IMG/VR virus record: IMGVR_UViG_3300042695_000799 | DNA from: a virus | Reading direction: 5' to 3' (one strand) | DNA length: 62,375 nucleotides | Shown: piece by piece, positions 60,756 through 62,375 of the stretch | Layout of the letters: every line of letters starts with the position of its first letter | How positions within the stretch are numbered: the first letter of the stretch is position 1 | Program-made: the position numbers and the translations under genes | The notes under the pieces: generated by a model | Databases searched by the model: none | What the model was told of the DNA's origin: nothing | Seen by the model: only the letters and a program-made list of their open reading frames with translations

Positions 60756-60957
60756 CCCCACCAAATGGGCCCGCTACCGGGCCCGGCTGGTTGGCGATCT
60801 TCCCCCGGTGCCGCTGTGCCCCACCTGCGGACGAAAGATCCGTGGTGCGGGCCGTGATGGCCTCTGCTCCCGCTGCTGGGCTGTCACGCCAGCCGGCCGG
60901 GAAAACCTCAGGCAGCGAGTTGCTCGCTCTCGTCGGCGAGCTGCAGGGGCGAGCTGA
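60748..60957 (+). CDS. small zinc-ribbon protein
   Basis: CPTCG...CSRCW. Confidence 0.5.
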   Translation: MPDPTKWARYRARLVGDLPPVPLCPTCGRKIRGAGRDGLCSRCWAVTPAGRENLRQRVARSRRRAAGAS

Positions 60958-60972
60958 CGTGACGTGGGCGGG

Positions 60973-61413
60973 CTAAGCGGTAAAAGCTTCCAGCAGGCTG
61001 CCCTGCTCACTACCGATGCACGCGGGCGATAGCCACAGCCGCTCCCGGCGACCGTTCAATCCGTTGGTGCTGTAGCCAGCTCCACTGCCTGACTTCCCCT
61101 CGGTGACGGACCAGCCACAGGCCAGAAGAGCATCGTGCTCGGCGTCGTAGCCGCAGAGGATGACCCGCAGATCGCGGGGGGCAGCGGCACACCATTCGCG
61201 CACGGCCAGGCCCACATCGGCATCCACGTGGGCGTAGAGATCACCTGAGGTGGCATAGGGCGGATCCAGGAAGATCGCCCGCGTGCCATCGCCACCGGTG
61301 CCGCTGCGGGTGACCGATGGCTTTACCACCCCACCACCCATCGCCAGATATGACCAGCGCAACCGCCAACAAGCAGCAAGCCCAATTCCCCGACCACGTT
61401 GCCGGGGATCCAT
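60973..61413 (-). pseudogene. Truncated D12-class (Dam-like) N6-adenine DNA methyltransferase: C-terminal half only
   Basis: IFLDPPY catalytic motif and a Dam-like C-terminal tail (GRRERLWLSP); no AdoMet-binding N-terminal half; the only minus-strand ORF in a plus-strand block. Confidence 0.45.
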
Positions 61414-61868
61414 ATTGTCTCAATCGTGAAGAGTTTATTAGATTTGCAGGATTACAGGAGGATTACGATGCTTTCCTAAAGGTGCTGCAGAAAAAGGCGG
61501 CAGGCGGCAGACTGCCTGGGAACGGGCATAATTACGAGCCCGAGTGCCAGGCCTTCTGGGCCGCCATCGCTTCGTTTGAGGCGATGCGCAGGTTTCACTC
61601 AGATTCGGATTGCTGCGACTCTTGGTTCCGCATGGAAGCCAGCCGCTATGCCGCTGGCGGCTGCAAACTGGAATACAGGTACGAAAGTACCTCAGGCACG
61701 ACATTTACGGCCCTTGAATGGCGAAAGTACAACGACCCGGCGTCAGAGTTCGAGCCGGTCACTTTGCCGGAGCCGATGTTCGTTGTCTGCATTCCAGACA
61801 CACGCGACATGGCAGGTCGCACCCACTATGAAGCCCTCCGCCGGGGCGGAAGTTATCGCGACTTCTGA
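61350..61868 (+). CDS. hypothetical protein (start MTSATANK)
   Basis: ORF track, internal ATG. Confidence 0.5.
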   Translation: MTSATANKQQAQFPDHVAGDPYCLNREEFIRFAGLQEDYDAFLKVLQKKAAGGRLPGNGHNYEPECQAFWAAIASFEAMRRFHSDSDCCDSWFRMEASRYAAGGCKLEYRYESTSGTTFTALEWRKYNDPASEFEPVTLPEPMFVVCIPDTRDMAGRTHYEALRRGGSYRDF

Positions 61869-61890
61869 CCCACCCACGGCCCGACCCATT
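61868..61890 (+). repeat. Degenerate copy E of the intergenic repeat (5' arm only, no hairpin)
   Basis: tgaCCCACCCACGGCCCGACCCATTA directly after a stop codon. Confidence 0.4.
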
Positions 61891-61905
61891 ACTTTTCCAA
61901 TCACC

Positions 61906-62375
61906 ATGAACACCCCAAACTGGATTACAGATCGCCGTCCTGGCCCGCTTGATGCCGTAGACGGATTGGTTTACATGATTGGCTGCAGTACCACTAGCTC
62001 TAGGTGCGAGGTTGCGGCACCATGGCAACAAGTAGCGCAATCCAGCGACAAGTGGCGGCCAATTCCAACCGTTGCCGATGCTTTGGAGCCAGTTTGCGAA
62101 CCTTGCCTAGGTCGCGCATACATGACCGTTAACGACATTCTTGCTAAATTTGACTTTGAGCGTGTCGTCAAAATCATGGATGCAATTGATTGGAAATGGT
62201 GTATTCACTCAACCAATGAGTTTCGCCGTCCTATGATTGACGAAATGGAAATTCAAGTTCAGGCTTTGTTTAACAGTTCAATCGCAGCGATGCGGCGCAT
62301 GGATGCAGGGGTGACCAGTTCCGGCGGATTTAACGCAATCTGCAGAAAGTCTACATCATCTTCAATTGGTTACGA
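61906..62375 (+). CDS. DUF551-like N-terminal protein; the gene runs across the circular junction and ends at position 173
   Basis: MNTPNWITDRRPGPLDAVDGLVYMIG...DKWRPIP; no stop before the window end. Confidence 0.6.
   Translation, partial: MNTPNWITDRRPGPLDAVDGLVYMIGCSTTSSRCEVAAPWQQVAQSSDKWRPIPTVADALEPVCEPCLGRAYMTVNDILAKFDFERVVKIMDAIDWKWCIHSTNEFRRPMIDEMEIQVQALFNSSIAAMRRMDAGVTSSGGFNAICRKSTSSSIGY
62249..62375. repeat. Terminal duplication identical to 1-127
   Basis: Direct comparison of both ends. Confidence 0.95.

Overview
The window is a complete, circularly closed genome of a tailed dsDNA phage. Bases 1-127 are identical to 62249-62375, leaving 62,248 unique bp. The host is most likely a cyanobacterium. 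The evidence is a cyAbrB-type regulator (C-terminal AbrB domain), two tandem cyanobacterial-style sigma-70 factors and a short-form dCTP deaminase.

There are three transcription blocks.

1. Plus-strand late block, 6.65-37.2 kb. It starts at a TTGCAA-17-TATAAT promoter next to a candidate cos region.
- Packaging and head genes: TerS, a Lar-like zinc ribbon, GpA-type TerL, a gpW-like protein, a lambda-type portal and a single S49 protease-scaffold-HK97 capsid polypeptide.
- Fibre-like genes between the head and tail modules.
- Tail genes: a chaperone pair with a G GGA AAC -1 frameshift, a 1387-aa tape measure, and giant tail-tip/fibre proteins of 1350 and 1575 aa.
- A lysis cassette and an HNH endonuclease at the end of the block.

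2. Minus-strand block, 54.6 to 37.1 kb.
- Many small genes, including two low-complexity repeat proteins.
- Nucleic-acid enzymes: a ligase-like nucleotidyltransferase, dNMP kinase, SF2 helicase and VRR-NUC.
- Recombination genes: RecE-like exonuclease, RecT and SSB.
- The block ends with dCTP deaminase, sigma, sigma and cyAbrB. Its genes are largely chained by ATGA/TAATG overlaps.

3. Plus-strand block from 54.7 kb across the junction to 6.36 kb.
- RHH regulator, primase-helicase, a candidate origin and a beta clamp.
- Small accessory genes separated by a repeated hairpin element whose stem covaries between copies.
- An iteron array, a DUF932-like protein and two intrinsic terminators.

I saw no DNA polymerase, integrase, repressor, tRNA or CRISPR array. 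All family names are recognised from motifs by eye, not from searches.
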